From NCBI GenBank assembly GCA_963729895.1, contig CAVSQB010000013.1, forward strand, positions 1-64,000: DNA of 64,000 bases, in the 5' to 3' direction. The notes beneath the pieces were generated by a model. The model saw only the letters and a list, made by a program, of their open reading frames with translations, was not told where the DNA came from and did no database searches. A program made the translations under genes and the position numbers. The DNA is from an uncultured Fibrobacterota bacterium (GTDB taxonomy: Bacteria > Fibrobacterota > Chitinivibrionia > Chitinivibrionales > FEN-1185). Shown here in pieces: positions 37,555 through 47,073 of the stretch (positions are counted from its first letter, which is position 1; every line of letters starts with the position of its first letter).

Positions 37555-38616
37555 CTATCGATTGAGAGCGCAAAAAACGATATCGGCAACGTCCCGCCGT
37601 ACGGCGTCTATTGCCTGCGAATCCGGTCTCCTTTTCGGGAATGTGCAATTGGATAACAAAACCATTGCGGCCTGGCCGGGAATATTGCACATGCAAACGC
37701 ACCCCGTAAATCCGGTCTTGCCGATCGTGCTCTTCGGGCAACGTCTGCCCATATACCGATTCTGTTCGAGTTCCCAGCCAAGGCCGCCTTGCAATCCAAG
37801 ATGGGCTATCTGGTTTGTTTGCATCTGTTCAATGCAATGGCTGGAAAAATACCTTTTGCCTGCCCAAACACCATTGTTTAGGAGCATGTTCAAGAACCGC
37901 ATGATGTCGGGAGCCGTGGAAAACAATCCTGCAGATCCAGCCACCATGATTTTTCGAAGAACAAAGGCGCTTTCGTCGTGGACCTCCCCTTGCACCGCCT
38001 TTCCGCGCCATGGATCAATTTCCGTGGGAACAATCTCCTCTTTCGGAAATTGCTCGGGGAAAAACGATGTTCTTGCCATTCCAAGCGGCCCAAAGAATTT
38101 CCGCTGAGCGGTGACGGCCAGGCATTCACCGTATATTTTTTCCACCACCATTCCAAGAAGTATGCTTGTCGCATTGGCATAGAAGAATGTCGAGCCTGGT
38201 TCGTCTGGAAATTCGGTCGACAGAATGGCGTCAAGGATGCCTTGGGGGCCGCCGTCCTTGAGTGCGGAAAGCCGGAAATTGTAGTTGAGCGTCTGGGCAA
38301 GCAGATGACGGATGAGCACCTTTTCTCTATGAGAATTGCTGAATTCCGGCACATATTTTATCAGCGTATCGTTTAGATGAAGCCGGCCCCGGTCCAGACA
38401 ACGCAGCGCCAGGCTCGATGTTGGAATAGCCTTTGTGACCGAGGCAACGTCGAAGATTGAATTCTCCCTCATTGGACGGGAATCCGCGTCGAACGTGTGG
38501 CGCCCGAAAGCCATCACCTTCGGCTCTTCCCGGTTCGCAACAAAACCTACCACGCACCCTGGGAATACCTTCTCTTCTATTGCCCGTAATATCCTTTCTG
38601 CGATTTGTTGGTTCAT
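37555..38616 (-). CDS. Serine hydrolase, beta-lactamase class C-like
   Basis: FDVASVTK (SxxK), YAN, GEVHDE, AGLFST, GKTGFTG; likely start MNQQIA. Confidence 0.85.
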   Translation of the reverse strand: MNQQIAERILRAIEEKVFPGCVVGFVANREEPKVMAFGRHTFDADSRPMRENSIFDVASVTKAIPTSSLALRCLDRGRLHLNDTLIKYVPEFSNSHREKVLIRHLLAQTLNYNFRLSALKDGGPQGILDAILSTEFPDEPGSTFFYANATSILLGMVVEKIYGECLAVTAQRKFFGPLGMARTSFFPEQFPKEEIVPTEIDPWRGKAVQGEVHDESAFVLRKIMVAGSAGLFSTAPDIMRFLNMLLNNGVWAGKRYFSSHCIEQMQTNQIAHLGLQGGLGWELEQNRYMGRRCPKSTIGKTGFTGCVCMCNIPGQAAMVLLSNCTFPKRRPDSQAIDAVRRDVADIVFCALNR

Positions 38617-38740
38617 GATGTGATTGGCACACATCGTTTGTGCTCTGTAATCCGCAGAAGCAAAGCGAGGCACATCGACGGCAATTCCCGTGCAGGATTC
38701 AACAGAGTGAAAGTGGTTTCTTGTGAAAAGGCTGCAATGG

Positions 38741-39565
38741 TCAAACAGTGCCGGGCGGGATTGGTTCCTGGAGAGGAGCATCCGCCGCAGGCTCAGGCAT
38801 GGTTTCCGGAAGCAAGGCCCCTTGTTGCTGGTCCGCAAGCGTTGTTTCCCGCGCAGGCTCTTTTATTTGCTGTGCGGATGTCGATTGTTCCTGCGCGGCA
38901 TCCCCTGAAATATCTTCCTCTGCGTCGTCTTGAGCTAGCGCTTCATCGTAGGGAGACAGGCGCTTTGTCTCAGCCACATAGGAGTCGAGCATGTTCGGTT
39001 TTGAATTGAGATGTGAAAGGAGCTCCGAAGTGCTTTCGGGGGTGAGCATAATGCGGAGTTGTTTCGACACCTTGGCGTTGAATCCCCATACCTTAAGCCG
39101 GTCCGGCGAAACCTCAAACGCATCCTCCAAGGCCACAAATACCACCTTGTCGGCCCGCAGGGCGATGCACGTTGCAGAATCGATGCAGGAGTATTCGTTC
39201 AGATAACGCAAATGGAGCTTCTGCACGTCGGCGGTTTTCGCAATGTGGTAGTATCCGGTGATCAGCATTTTGTCTTTGAATCCGTCCTTCGTTCCCGCGT
39301 ATCTGGTGAGGAAGAACATATACCGGATCTTGCTCTTTGCAAATGCTCCCCTGATCTTCGTCCTGGAGCATCCATAAAACCCGTACGTGCCCGATTCATA
39401 GTTGGGTTCCGGGACCACCGGAGAGTCGGCGTCGTCGGGAATCTCCCTGATCGGAATCTCGGAAATGGGGTCCGACGAATAGTAAACAATCATTCCCGTG
39501 TTGGCCGCTCGATAGTCCTGCCAGAGAATGCTGTCTGGAGATTTCTGCATCATACCCGCGCTCAT
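38741..39565 (-). CDS. Hypothetical protein, possibly Nmad-like, with acidic tail
   Basis: PEPNYESGTYGFYGC...KIR and ITGYY motifs; low-complexity C-terminus. Confidence 0.7.
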   Translation of the reverse strand: MSAGMMQKSPDSILWQDYRAANTGMIVYYSSDPISEIPIREIPDDADSPVVPEPNYESGTYGFYGCSRTKIRGAFAKSKIRYMFFLTRYAGTKDGFKDKMLITGYYHIAKTADVQKLHLRYLNEYSCIDSATCIALRADKVVFVALEDAFEVSPDRLKVWGFNAKVSKQLRIMLTPESTSELLSHLNSKPNMLDSYVAETKRLSPYDEALAQDDAEEDISGDAAQEQSTSAQQIKEPARETTLADQQQGALLPETMPEPAADAPLQEPIPPGTV

Positions 39566-39853
39566 GGTTCGTATCCTTTCAAATTGTCCTTAAGGTCTGC
39601 ACGTGCACCGCACAAACGGAAAAGGTTCATCCGGTGTGCGTGCTGCAGAGCGAAGCTGATTTGCAATGATCGACGTGGTGGTGATTCTAACAGCGAGCGA
39701 ATATCGTTTCTTTGAATGCGTCGTAGTCAAAAAATGAAGCCCGCTAAGCCGGAAGCGCGCGGGCTTGTCATGCACTCGAATCATAAAATAAGTGGCGGCA
39801 GATTTATTGTCAACATCAAGAATTCTTTTCGCCTTCAAGAAATGTCGAGCATG

Positions 39854-40894
39854 TCATGCAATCAGCATCGCGTCCCCGTAGCTGAAGAAACGATAGCCCT
39901 GCGCTACGGCATGACTGTATGCACGCAACACACGTTCCCGCCCGGCAAAGGCGCTTACCAGCATGATAAGCGTTGACTTCGGCACATGGAAGTTGGTTAC
40001 CATTCCGTCGACGACCTTGAATTCGTATCCTGGAAGAATCTTGAGGCCGGTCCTGCCTCCGGACGGAACGGGAAGGCCATCGCGACGGCTGCAATGCTCC
40101 AGGACACGAACCGAGGTTGTGCCCACCGCGATTACCCTGCCGCCGCATTTCTTGGTGCGAAGTATTTCTTCGGCAGTTTCTTCTGTCAACTCATACGTTT
40201 CCTCGTGCATAACATGGTCGACAGGATCACTAACCTTTACCGGGCGGAAAGTGCCGATGCCCACATGCAGGGTCACATACGACATGTCTACGCCGCGCAA
40301 TGACAGTCTCTTCATGAGCTCCGGTGTAAAATGAAGGCCCGCTGTCGGAGATGCAATGGCTCCTTCGCGTTTGGCAAATAGGGTTTGATATGCCGTTGCA
40401 TCTTCCCGAGTTGACGGCCTCTTGATGTAGTGAGGAAGCGCCATTACTCCATACCGGCCAAGCAATTCCAAAAGGTCTTTCACCGGGGAGCCTGGAACGA
40501 GAAACACCTCGCGAGATCCATCGGAATTAACCGCGCGTACCTCAATGGAAATGTCCAAAGCTGCGCATACCCGCACTCTGGTCCCCACGCCAAGTCCACG
40601 GCCGGGACGTATAAGACTCTTCCAACAGCCGTTGGCCCCTTGTTCCACAAGCAGCAATTCCACCCTTCCTCCCGACTGTTTTTGGCAAAGAAGCCTGGCA
40701 GGTATGACCCTGGTATTGTTAAAGATAAGCCTATCGCCAGAAAAAAGAAGGTTAGGGAGTTCCAAAAAACAGTGATCCGTCACGGCGCCGGATTCTCTTG
40801 CAAGGTACAGCAACTTGCATTCGTCCCGCTTCGCGCAAGGGTACTGGGCCACAAGGTCGGGCGGCACGGCAAAATCGAAGTCCTCTGTTCTCAT
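39854..40894 (-). CDS. queA: S-adenosylmethionine:tRNA ribosyltransferase-isomerase
   Basis: FNNTRVIPARL, YQT, PTAGLHFT, TLHVGIGTF, TNFH, YRFFSYGDAM. Confidence 0.97.
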   Translation of the reverse strand: MRTEDFDFAVPPDLVAQYPCAKRDECKLLYLARESGAVTDHCFLELPNLLFSGDRLIFNNTRVIPARLLCQKQSGGRVELLLVEQGANGCWKSLIRPGRGLGVGTRVRVCAALDISIEVRAVNSDGSREVFLVPGSPVKDLLELLGRYGVMALPHYIKRPSTREDATAYQTLFAKREGAIASPTAGLHFTPELMKRLSLRGVDMSYVTLHVGIGTFRPVKVSDPVDHVMHEETYELTEETAEEILRTKKCGGRVIAVGTTSVRVLEHCSRRDGLPVPSGGRTGLKILPGYEFKVVDGMVTNFHVPKSTLIMLVSAFAGRERVLRAYSHAVAQGYRFFSYGDAMLIA

Positions 40895-40934
40895 TCTTGT
40901 GTCCGTTCATTAAGGAGAATCTATATTAAAATGA

Positions 40935-42551
40935 ATGCTTCCCTTTTCCGCTCCGCTCCATCCTGTCTTTCTTTACGCCGAAACCCATTTTCGGTTCTTT
41001 CCCGCATTTCCAAGTCTTCTCTTCAAAAAAGAACCTGAGATTGTTTTCGATCTACCCTGCCGTTGCGATCCCCGCAAGGATCTTCCCGTTGTGCTGATTG
41101 TCAACGACGTCCACAGGTTCAACGCCGCCGTTGTCGACGTCGCCGTCACGGTTTCACAGGAGGGAATGGCGCCGCTCGCGTTCAAATTCAACGATCCGAC
41201 TGCACATTTTGTCAATCACCCTTTTCGCGAACACGCTCATGTGTTTGTCTTCCTCATTGCTAGATCTGCTCTCCCGAATGGAAGAATATTCGTAAATTGC
41301 AGGGCAACTCTGCAGAACAACAAACGGCGATGGATCGTGCTTAACGATAATTTCTTTTCAACCTCCAAACTCCCGTTTTCATGTTACCTATCCGATGAAC
41401 CGCTTCCAGGCCACAACAGGTGTTCATTTGGCGATCTGCACGTGCATTCTCAATACTCCCAGAGTCAAGTGGAATTCGGCCCTCCCATAAATATAATCGA
41501 TCTAATATCAAATACTTGCGGATTGGACTTCGTTGGAATAACCGACCATTCCTATGATCTTGCCTGCTCTATGGCTGATTACCTCCAAAAGGACGATACG
41601 TTGGCCCGCTGGAATTCACTCGTTGAAGCAACATTCACGCCTGACGCCTTCAAAAATATTATTCTTTTGGGAGAAGAGATTTCAACTCTTAATGCCCATG
41701 GCAAAGCAATTCATCTCTGCGGATTAGGCCTCACCAAATTTATTCCGGGATCGGTTGACGGAGCAAGATCGAAGAAATTTGAAACAATGAATTTAGACGA
41801 AGCAATCAGGGAAATTCATAGCCAAGGAGGGCTTGCAATGGCCGCCCACCCGGGCTCAAGGTTCGGGTTGCTTCAGCGAATGTTCTTGAAACGCGGCCCT
41901 TGGACGCAAAAAGAAATGGCTGCAGATCTTGATGCCGTTCAAGCGGTCAATGATGGATTTGGCACTACTTGGCTTGCAGGCAAGCAATTGTGGATAAATG
42001 AACTGCTAAAAGGGCGACACCTCCCGGTTATTGCCGGAAACGATTCTCACGGCGATTTTAACAGGTATCGTTATTTGAGCGCTCCATTTCTTTCCGTTTC
42101 AGAGAATTTTAACCGCCATCTTTCCTTTGCAAGAACGGGAATTTACTGCAATGCAAGGTCTGGAGGAGACGTTCTTTTGGCGATACAAAGAGGAGCGACA
42201 TTTGTGACGAGCGGACCATATCTCGCCATCACCCAATCATCTTCATTGGATGAGGACGCCGGTTCAGCTCAACGAGCCGCCGTTGCAAAGGGCTCAATAA
42301 CCGCCACCATCAAAAGCAGTTATGAATTTGGAACTCCGAAACGTCTTGACATATTTATCGGCCAGGTTGGTGAAAAGAAGGAGCGAATCGTCTTTTCAAG
42401 GGCTTACAACGGTCAAAACACGATTGTTCAGGAGATCCCTCTTGGTTTGTACACGAATGATGCGTATGCCCGGGCAGAAGTTTCTTGTGCAAGGCAGGAC
42501 GGAACAAAAACTTTTGCCGCAACAAGCCCGCTATATTTCGCGACACAATGA
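40935..42551 (+). CDS. PHP-domain metallohydrolase
   Basis: GDLHVHSQYS, ITDH, GEE, AHP, GNDSH. Confidence 0.8.
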   Translation: MLPFSAPLHPVFLYAETHFRFFPAFPSLLFKKEPEIVFDLPCRCDPRKDLPVVLIVNDVHRFNAAVVDVAVTVSQEGMAPLAFKFNDPTAHFVNHPFREHAHVFVFLIARSALPNGRIFVNCRATLQNNKRRWIVLNDNFFSTSKLPFSCYLSDEPLPGHNRCSFGDLHVHSQYSQSQVEFGPPINIIDLISNTCGLDFVGITDHSYDLACSMADYLQKDDTLARWNSLVEATFTPDAFKNIILLGEEISTLNAHGKAIHLCGLGLTKFIPGSVDGARSKKFETMNLDEAIREIHSQGGLAMAAHPGSRFGLLQRMFLKRGPWTQKEMAADLDAVQAVNDGFGTTWLAGKQLWINELLKGRHLPVIAGNDSHGDFNRYRYLSAPFLSVSENFNRHLSFARTGIYCNARSGGDVLLAIQRGATFVTSGPYLAITQSSSLDEDAGSAQRAAVAKGSITATIKSSYEFGTPKRLDIFIGQVGEKKERIVFSRAYNGQNTIVQEIPLGLYTNDAYARAEVSCARQDGTKTFAATSPLYFATQ

Positions 42552-42594
42552 AACGCGCAGGCACTTCAACGCCACTTTTCAATCCTACACAAAA

Positions 42595-43866
42595 TCAAGT
42601 ATTCCGGCAGGGCGATATGCCGATTTTCTTCATCGCCTCCCCGACAGTATAGAACGATCCAACAACACATACAACCTTCTCCGGTGATTTAAATGCTTTT
42701 ACGACAGCGCCACTCACCGCCTGTATTTCACACACTTCTCCCGGGAACCATGCGGGGATGTTTGATCGCAGGATTGCGGTTTCAGCGCTTCTGTCAACAT
42801 TCGGCCTGGTCAAAATGATGCGCGAGGCTCTTTTGCAATACCATTCAAACATGCCTGAGGCATCTTTGTCCTTCATTATCCCCGTCACGAGACAAACGGC
42901 GGAGTCCGGAAACAGCAGTGTCAGGGTTTCCGTAAACGATTGGGCCGCGTTCGGATTGTGTCCAACGTCGAGTATGACAGTCTTTCCGTTTGATTGAACG
43001 ATCTGAAACCTTGCCGCAATGAACGCCGAACGAATTCCTCTGGCAATGACCTCCATGTCTTTGAACCCGGCAGCCAAAAGCGCTCGGATGGCGACCAGCG
43101 CGTTTTCCACCTGATACCTGCCCGCAAACGGAACTTCAAATCTCCGGTCGTGGTACACAAACGACGGCCTTTCCACCGTGCAGCGGACATCGCCGGCCAG
43201 GGTTTCGGATACAAATTGACATTTGGATCCTTTGCGCAGGCACCGGCTTATGGCAAGGTTCCGGATATTCCGATCATCTGGTTCCGCCATGACAAGCGGC
43301 ACACCTCGTTTGACGATACCGAGTTTTTCCCTCGCGATGGACAGAAGGTCGTCGCCCAAATACATCATGTGATCCATTGCAATCCGCGTGACGACGCTCA
43401 CGTTAGGGAGAAGGATGTTCGTTGCATCGAGCCGCCCGCCCAAACCGGTTTCAAAAACCGCCCACTCTACGTGATTGCGTTTGAAAAGCTCAAACGCAAT
43501 GAGCGTTGATGCTTCGAAAAAGGTGAGATCCAGTTCATCAATTGTCGGTTGAAGGTCCCGGTACACGTCGACCCACCGGGCGCCGGACACCGCCTCTCCG
43601 CCTACCGTGAACCTCTCCTTGAAATCAACGATGTGCGGCGAAGTGAAGAGTCCTGTTTTGAACCCCATGGTGCGCAGGCATGATTCCAGGTACGCGCACA
43701 CCGAACCTTTGCCGTTGGTTCCGGCAACATGCAGCGAAAAATACGCCCTTTGTGGATTGTCAATACGGTCGGCTGCGGATTGCATCCGTTTCAGCCCAAG
43801 TTTAATGCCTTGGCTCGTACGGGAGAAAAGGCGCTCAGCGATGCGGTCGGCAGTGTCCATCTTCAT
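42595..43866 (-). CDS. folC: Folylpolyglutamate/dihydrofolate synthase
   Basis: HVAGTNGKGS, FTSPH, ETGLGGRLDATN, DVGHN. Confidence 0.95.
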   Translation of the reverse strand: MKMDTADRIAERLFSRTSQGIKLGLKRMQSAADRIDNPQRAYFSLHVAGTNGKGSVCAYLESCLRTMGFKTGLFTSPHIVDFKERFTVGGEAVSGARWVDVYRDLQPTIDELDLTFFEASTLIAFELFKRNHVEWAVFETGLGGRLDATNILLPNVSVVTRIAMDHMMYLGDDLLSIAREKLGIVKRGVPLVMAEPDDRNIRNLAISRCLRKGSKCQFVSETLAGDVRCTVERPSFVYHDRRFEVPFAGRYQVENALVAIRALLAAGFKDMEVIARGIRSAFIAARFQIVQSNGKTVILDVGHNPNAAQSFTETLTLLFPDSAVCLVTGIMKDKDASGMFEWYCKRASRIILTRPNVDRSAETAILRSNIPAWFPGEVCEIQAVSGAVVKAFKSPEKVVCVVGSFYTVGEAMKKIGISPCRNT

Positions 43867-43872
43867 GACGGG

Positions 43873-44529
43873 TTAGGATGCAAAAAGTCCATCGAGGCGG
43901 TCCATGGAAATTCGTTCGAGGCTGTCCACAACAATGTCCGCATTCCCCAGTTCCTCGGGCGGATAGGTGTTGGTGACCGCCACTACCTTCATTTTGGCGG
44001 CCTTTGCCCCTGCCACGCCCACCTTTGCGTCCTCAAACACAACGCACTCCTGCGGCTCTCTGCCCATCCGGCGCGCTGCTTCGAGGAAGATCTGTGGCGA
44101 CGGCTTGCCGAGCTCCACGTCTTCGCCTGAGACCACGGAAACAAAATAACGACCCAATTTAAGGATATCAAGACCTGTGACTATGTTCGCCTTGGGTGCC
44201 GAAGAGCCGATCCCACAAGGGATTGCGTGGGACGCGGCCGAGCCAAGCAGCGCTTTTACCCCGGGCAATGCCACGCACCCGAGTTCCTTCATCATTTCGC
44301 GATACACACCTTCCTTCTTCCTGTCTATGCGGCGAATCTGGGAAGGATCGTTCGTCCATTTCCACAACTTGGGGATTATTTCCTCATTTTTCATCCCGAA
44401 ACTTTGTTTGAACAGATGTTCGGGGAAGACGAGGCCTTCCTCTTTTGCAAGGCGTTTCCAGGCTTCGATATGATGCTGAGACGAATCGATGATGATACCG
44501 TCCCAGTCGAAGATGCACGAGAAGTTCAT
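43873..44529 (-). CDS. HAD-family phosphatase (beta-PGM-like)
   Basis: FDWDGIIIDS, GKPSPQIF, VFEDA. Confidence 0.9.
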   Translation of the reverse strand: MNFSCIFDWDGIIIDSSQHHIEAWKRLAKEEGLVFPEHLFKQSFGMKNEEIIPKLWKWTNDPSQIRRIDRKKEGVYREMMKELGCVALPGVKALLGSAASHAIPCGIGSSAPKANIVTGLDILKLGRYFVSVVSGEDVELGKPSPQIFLEAARRMGREPQECVVFEDAKVGVAGAKAAKMKVVAVTNTYPPEELGNADIVVDSLERISMDRLDGLFAS

Positions 44530-44610
44530 AGCGGCAGTTTTCCGGGTTGTGCAGATGGGGAACCCGAAGGGTTTCAGACCGTCTTGAAGGTTCAGCCCTG
44601 TACAGGATTA

Positions 44611-45192
44611 TCAATGTACAAATAGCATCATTACGCCTTTTCTCACCATCATGACGCCGATCGCAGCAAGCAACAAACTGGCGAGTTTTGACACCGTTTT
44701 TGCGCCCGTCTTGCCAAGCGTCCGGATTATTGCCTGCGAGAACCACAGCACAACGCCCGCAAAGGCTACGTTGACAACGACGGCTGTGATCGTGGGGGCA
44801 AGTCCATATTGACGGAGAAGAAGAATGGTAGTGGTAAGGACCGCCGGTCCAACAATGAGCGGCACCCCTACAGGAACGGCTCCGAGGCTCTGAACGTCCA
44901 CTTTATGTTGATGTTTGTCAAACGATATGAGGTCATATAGTGACAGCGCAAAAAGCAATACGCCGCCCGCGATCATGAAATCGGATACGGTTATGCCCAG
45001 CAGGTTAAGAATGATTTCGCCGATAGCGCAGAAGACCATGGCAACCGCAAGGGCGGTGATTACCGACTGGAAAACGATCTTTCGAACCCGCAGAGGGTTC
45101 ACACCGTGCGTGAGATTCATGAACAGCGGTAGAACCCCGATGGCGTCTACCGCAACAAACAGAGGAACAAAACAAAGCCAGTAGTTCCGCAT
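44611..45192 (-). CDS. MarC-family membrane protein
   Basis: LFVAVDAIG, FMIAGG, VPVGVPLIVGP; multiple TM segments. Confidence 0.9.
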   Translation of the reverse strand: MRNYWLCFVPLFVAVDAIGVLPLFMNLTHGVNPLRVRKIVFQSVITALAVAMVFCAIGEIILNLLGITVSDFMIAGGVLLFALSLYDLISFDKHQHKVDVQSLGAVPVGVPLIVGPAVLTTTILLLRQYGLAPTITAVVVNVAFAGVVLWFSQAIIRTLGKTGAKTVSKLASLLLAAIGVMMVRKGVMMLFVH

Positions 45193-45213
45193 CCGCCGTT
45201 TCCCTTGCCTCGC

Positions 45214-47073
45214 TCACTTCTCCTCGAAGTCGTACGAAATGTGATACATGTCTTCCATCTTCTTCGTCGAGACTTTGAATCCGGAATTGTAGAACACCGC
45301 AAGCATGGGTTGGTTCTGCTCCAGCACCTCAGCCTCAAACCCGACAATATCCCGTTTCCGAGCAATATCCGTGAGCATGTCCAAAAGATCGGTGCCGATG
45401 CCCTTGGCCTGCCACTCGTCCCGCACCAGAAACGACACCTCCGCCTTGTTGGTGGCCTTGTTGAGGTGATAGCTGCCCAAGCCAACCATCTGTTCACCAC
45501 CCATATCCTGGATCAGGCCTACAATTACCATGTCCTTGGAAAAATCACAATTTGTGAAGTCCTGGACAAAACGGTGCGGAAATGCCTTGATGGGCTTGAA
45601 AAATCTGAATGCAATGGACCGCTCCGAAAGCGCATAGCACATATCACGCAAGAGTTTGTCGTCGGTCGGACGGATGGGGCGGAAATACAATTGCGTTCCG
45701 TCCGAAAGAGGCTTCACATTATCAAATTCGCCCGGCGACGGAGCACCCGTGGAGGGAAGCTCTTTCTGGTGAGCGTAGATGTAATTGCGCGCTTTTGCCT
45801 CCTTCAGGATTTCGTTGCGATAGTCCGGGTGAGCAACCTGCGCAAGCGCGAGCACGCGTTCGCGTATGTTTTTGCCGAACAATTCGGCAATGCCGTACTC
45901 GGTAACGACGTAGTGCACGTCGGCGCGCGTGAGCACCACTCCTGCGCCCTCCGTGAGCCGGGGCACAATTCGCGACACCGTGCCGTTCTTTGCAGTTGAC
46001 GGAAGGGCGATGATCGCTTTCCCATCCTTGGCGCGGACCGCGCCGCGGTTGAAATCTACCTGTCCGCCCACCCCGCTGTAGAAATTGAACCCGATGGAGT
46101 CCGAGCATACCTGGCCGGTCATGTCCACTTCGATCGCAACATTGATGGCAACCATCTTGTTGTGCTGGGCGATAACAAAAGGATCATTGACATATTCGGA
46201 AGGACGAAATTCGAAAAGAGTGTTTTCGTGGATGTAATCGTAAAGTTTGCGGGTCCCGAGACAAAAGCTCGCCGTCACCCTTCCGCGATTGATCGTCTTG
46301 CGGTTGCCGTTAATCACTCCCTTTTCGACCAGCGGAACTATCGCGTCGTTGAACATTTCGGTGTGGATTCCTATGTCATTCTTTTCGCCAAAGTACCGCA
46401 GCACCGCCTGAGGAATGGTGCCGATACCAACCTCCACGGTGGAACCGTCCTCCACGAGCGACGACACGTTCCGGGCGATGGCATCGATAGTTGCGTCCGA
46501 TTCGGGAAGCCGGTATTCCAGTATGTCGCTACCGCTGAGCACCATCGCGTCCACGAGGTCGGCAGGTATGAAGGAATCACCGTAGGTGCGCGGCATCTTT
46601 TCGTTGATTTCCGCGATAACCAAGAGGCTGTTTTCAGCCGCGGCCTTCACAATGTCAACCGATATGCCAAGACTCAGGTTGCCGTTTTTGTCCGGCGGGC
46701 TGGTTTGGATGAGCGCCACGTCGAGGGGAATCCTGCCAAGCTTGAAAAGGGAGGGGATTTCCGACAGAAAAATCGGAACGTAGTCGCCGCGTCCGCTTAC
46801 GATCCCCTCGCGAACGTTGGGCGCCAAAAAGAAACTGCATGTTCTGAATTTTTTGCTGTATTCTTCACTGATATAGGGCGCTTCACCCTGCGTAAGGAGG
46901 TGATATATTTCCGCGTCGATGATCTCGTTGTTGCTGGATACCAGCTCCGATACGAGCGTTTGCGGCTGACCGCATCCCGTACCGATGAAGATACGGGCGC
47001 CCGGGCGAATCCGCGATATGGCCGTATTGGCAGTTGTCAATTTGTTCTTATACCGTTCTTTCCAGTCGGTCAT
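45214..47073 (-). CDS. Acetyl-CoA hydrolase/transferase fused to a C-terminal GNAT acetyltransferase
   Basis: GIGTIP, GIHTEM, GVGGQVDF, VVTEYGIAEL; C-terminal RPIRPTD...AEVSFLVRDEWQAKGIG. Confidence 0.9.
   Translation of the reverse strand: MTDWKERYKNKLTTANTAISRIRPGARIFIGTGCGQPQTLVSELVSSNNEIIDAEIYHLLTQGEAPYISEEYSKKFRTCSFFLAPNVREGIVSGRGDYVPIFLSEIPSLFKLGRIPLDVALIQTSPPDKNGNLSLGISVDIVKAAAENSLLVIAEINEKMPRTYGDSFIPADLVDAMVLSGSDILEYRLPESDATIDAIARNVSSLVEDGSTVEVGIGTIPQAVLRYFGEKNDIGIHTEMFNDAIVPLVEKGVINGNRKTINRGRVTASFCLGTRKLYDYIHENTLFEFRPSEYVNDPFVIAQHNKMVAINVAIEVDMTGQVCSDSIGFNFYSGVGGQVDFNRGAVRAKDGKAIIALPSTAKNGTVSRIVPRLTEGAGVVLTRADVHYVVTEYGIAELFGKNIRERVLALAQVAHPDYRNEILKEAKARNYIYAHQKELPSTGAPSPGEFDNVKPLSDGTQLYFRPIRPTDDKLLRDMCYALSERSIAFRFFKPIKAFPHRFVQDFTNCDFSKDMVIVGLIQDMGGEQMVGLGSYHLNKATNKAEVSFLVRDEWQAKGIGTDLLDMLTDIARKRDIVGFEAEVLEQNQPMLAVFYNSGFKVSTKKMEDMYHISYDFEEK

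Noticed and set aside
37555..38616. Antibiotic-resistance beta-lactamase
   Set aside because: No signal peptide, and the motifs fit generic class C-like serine hydrolases/esterases
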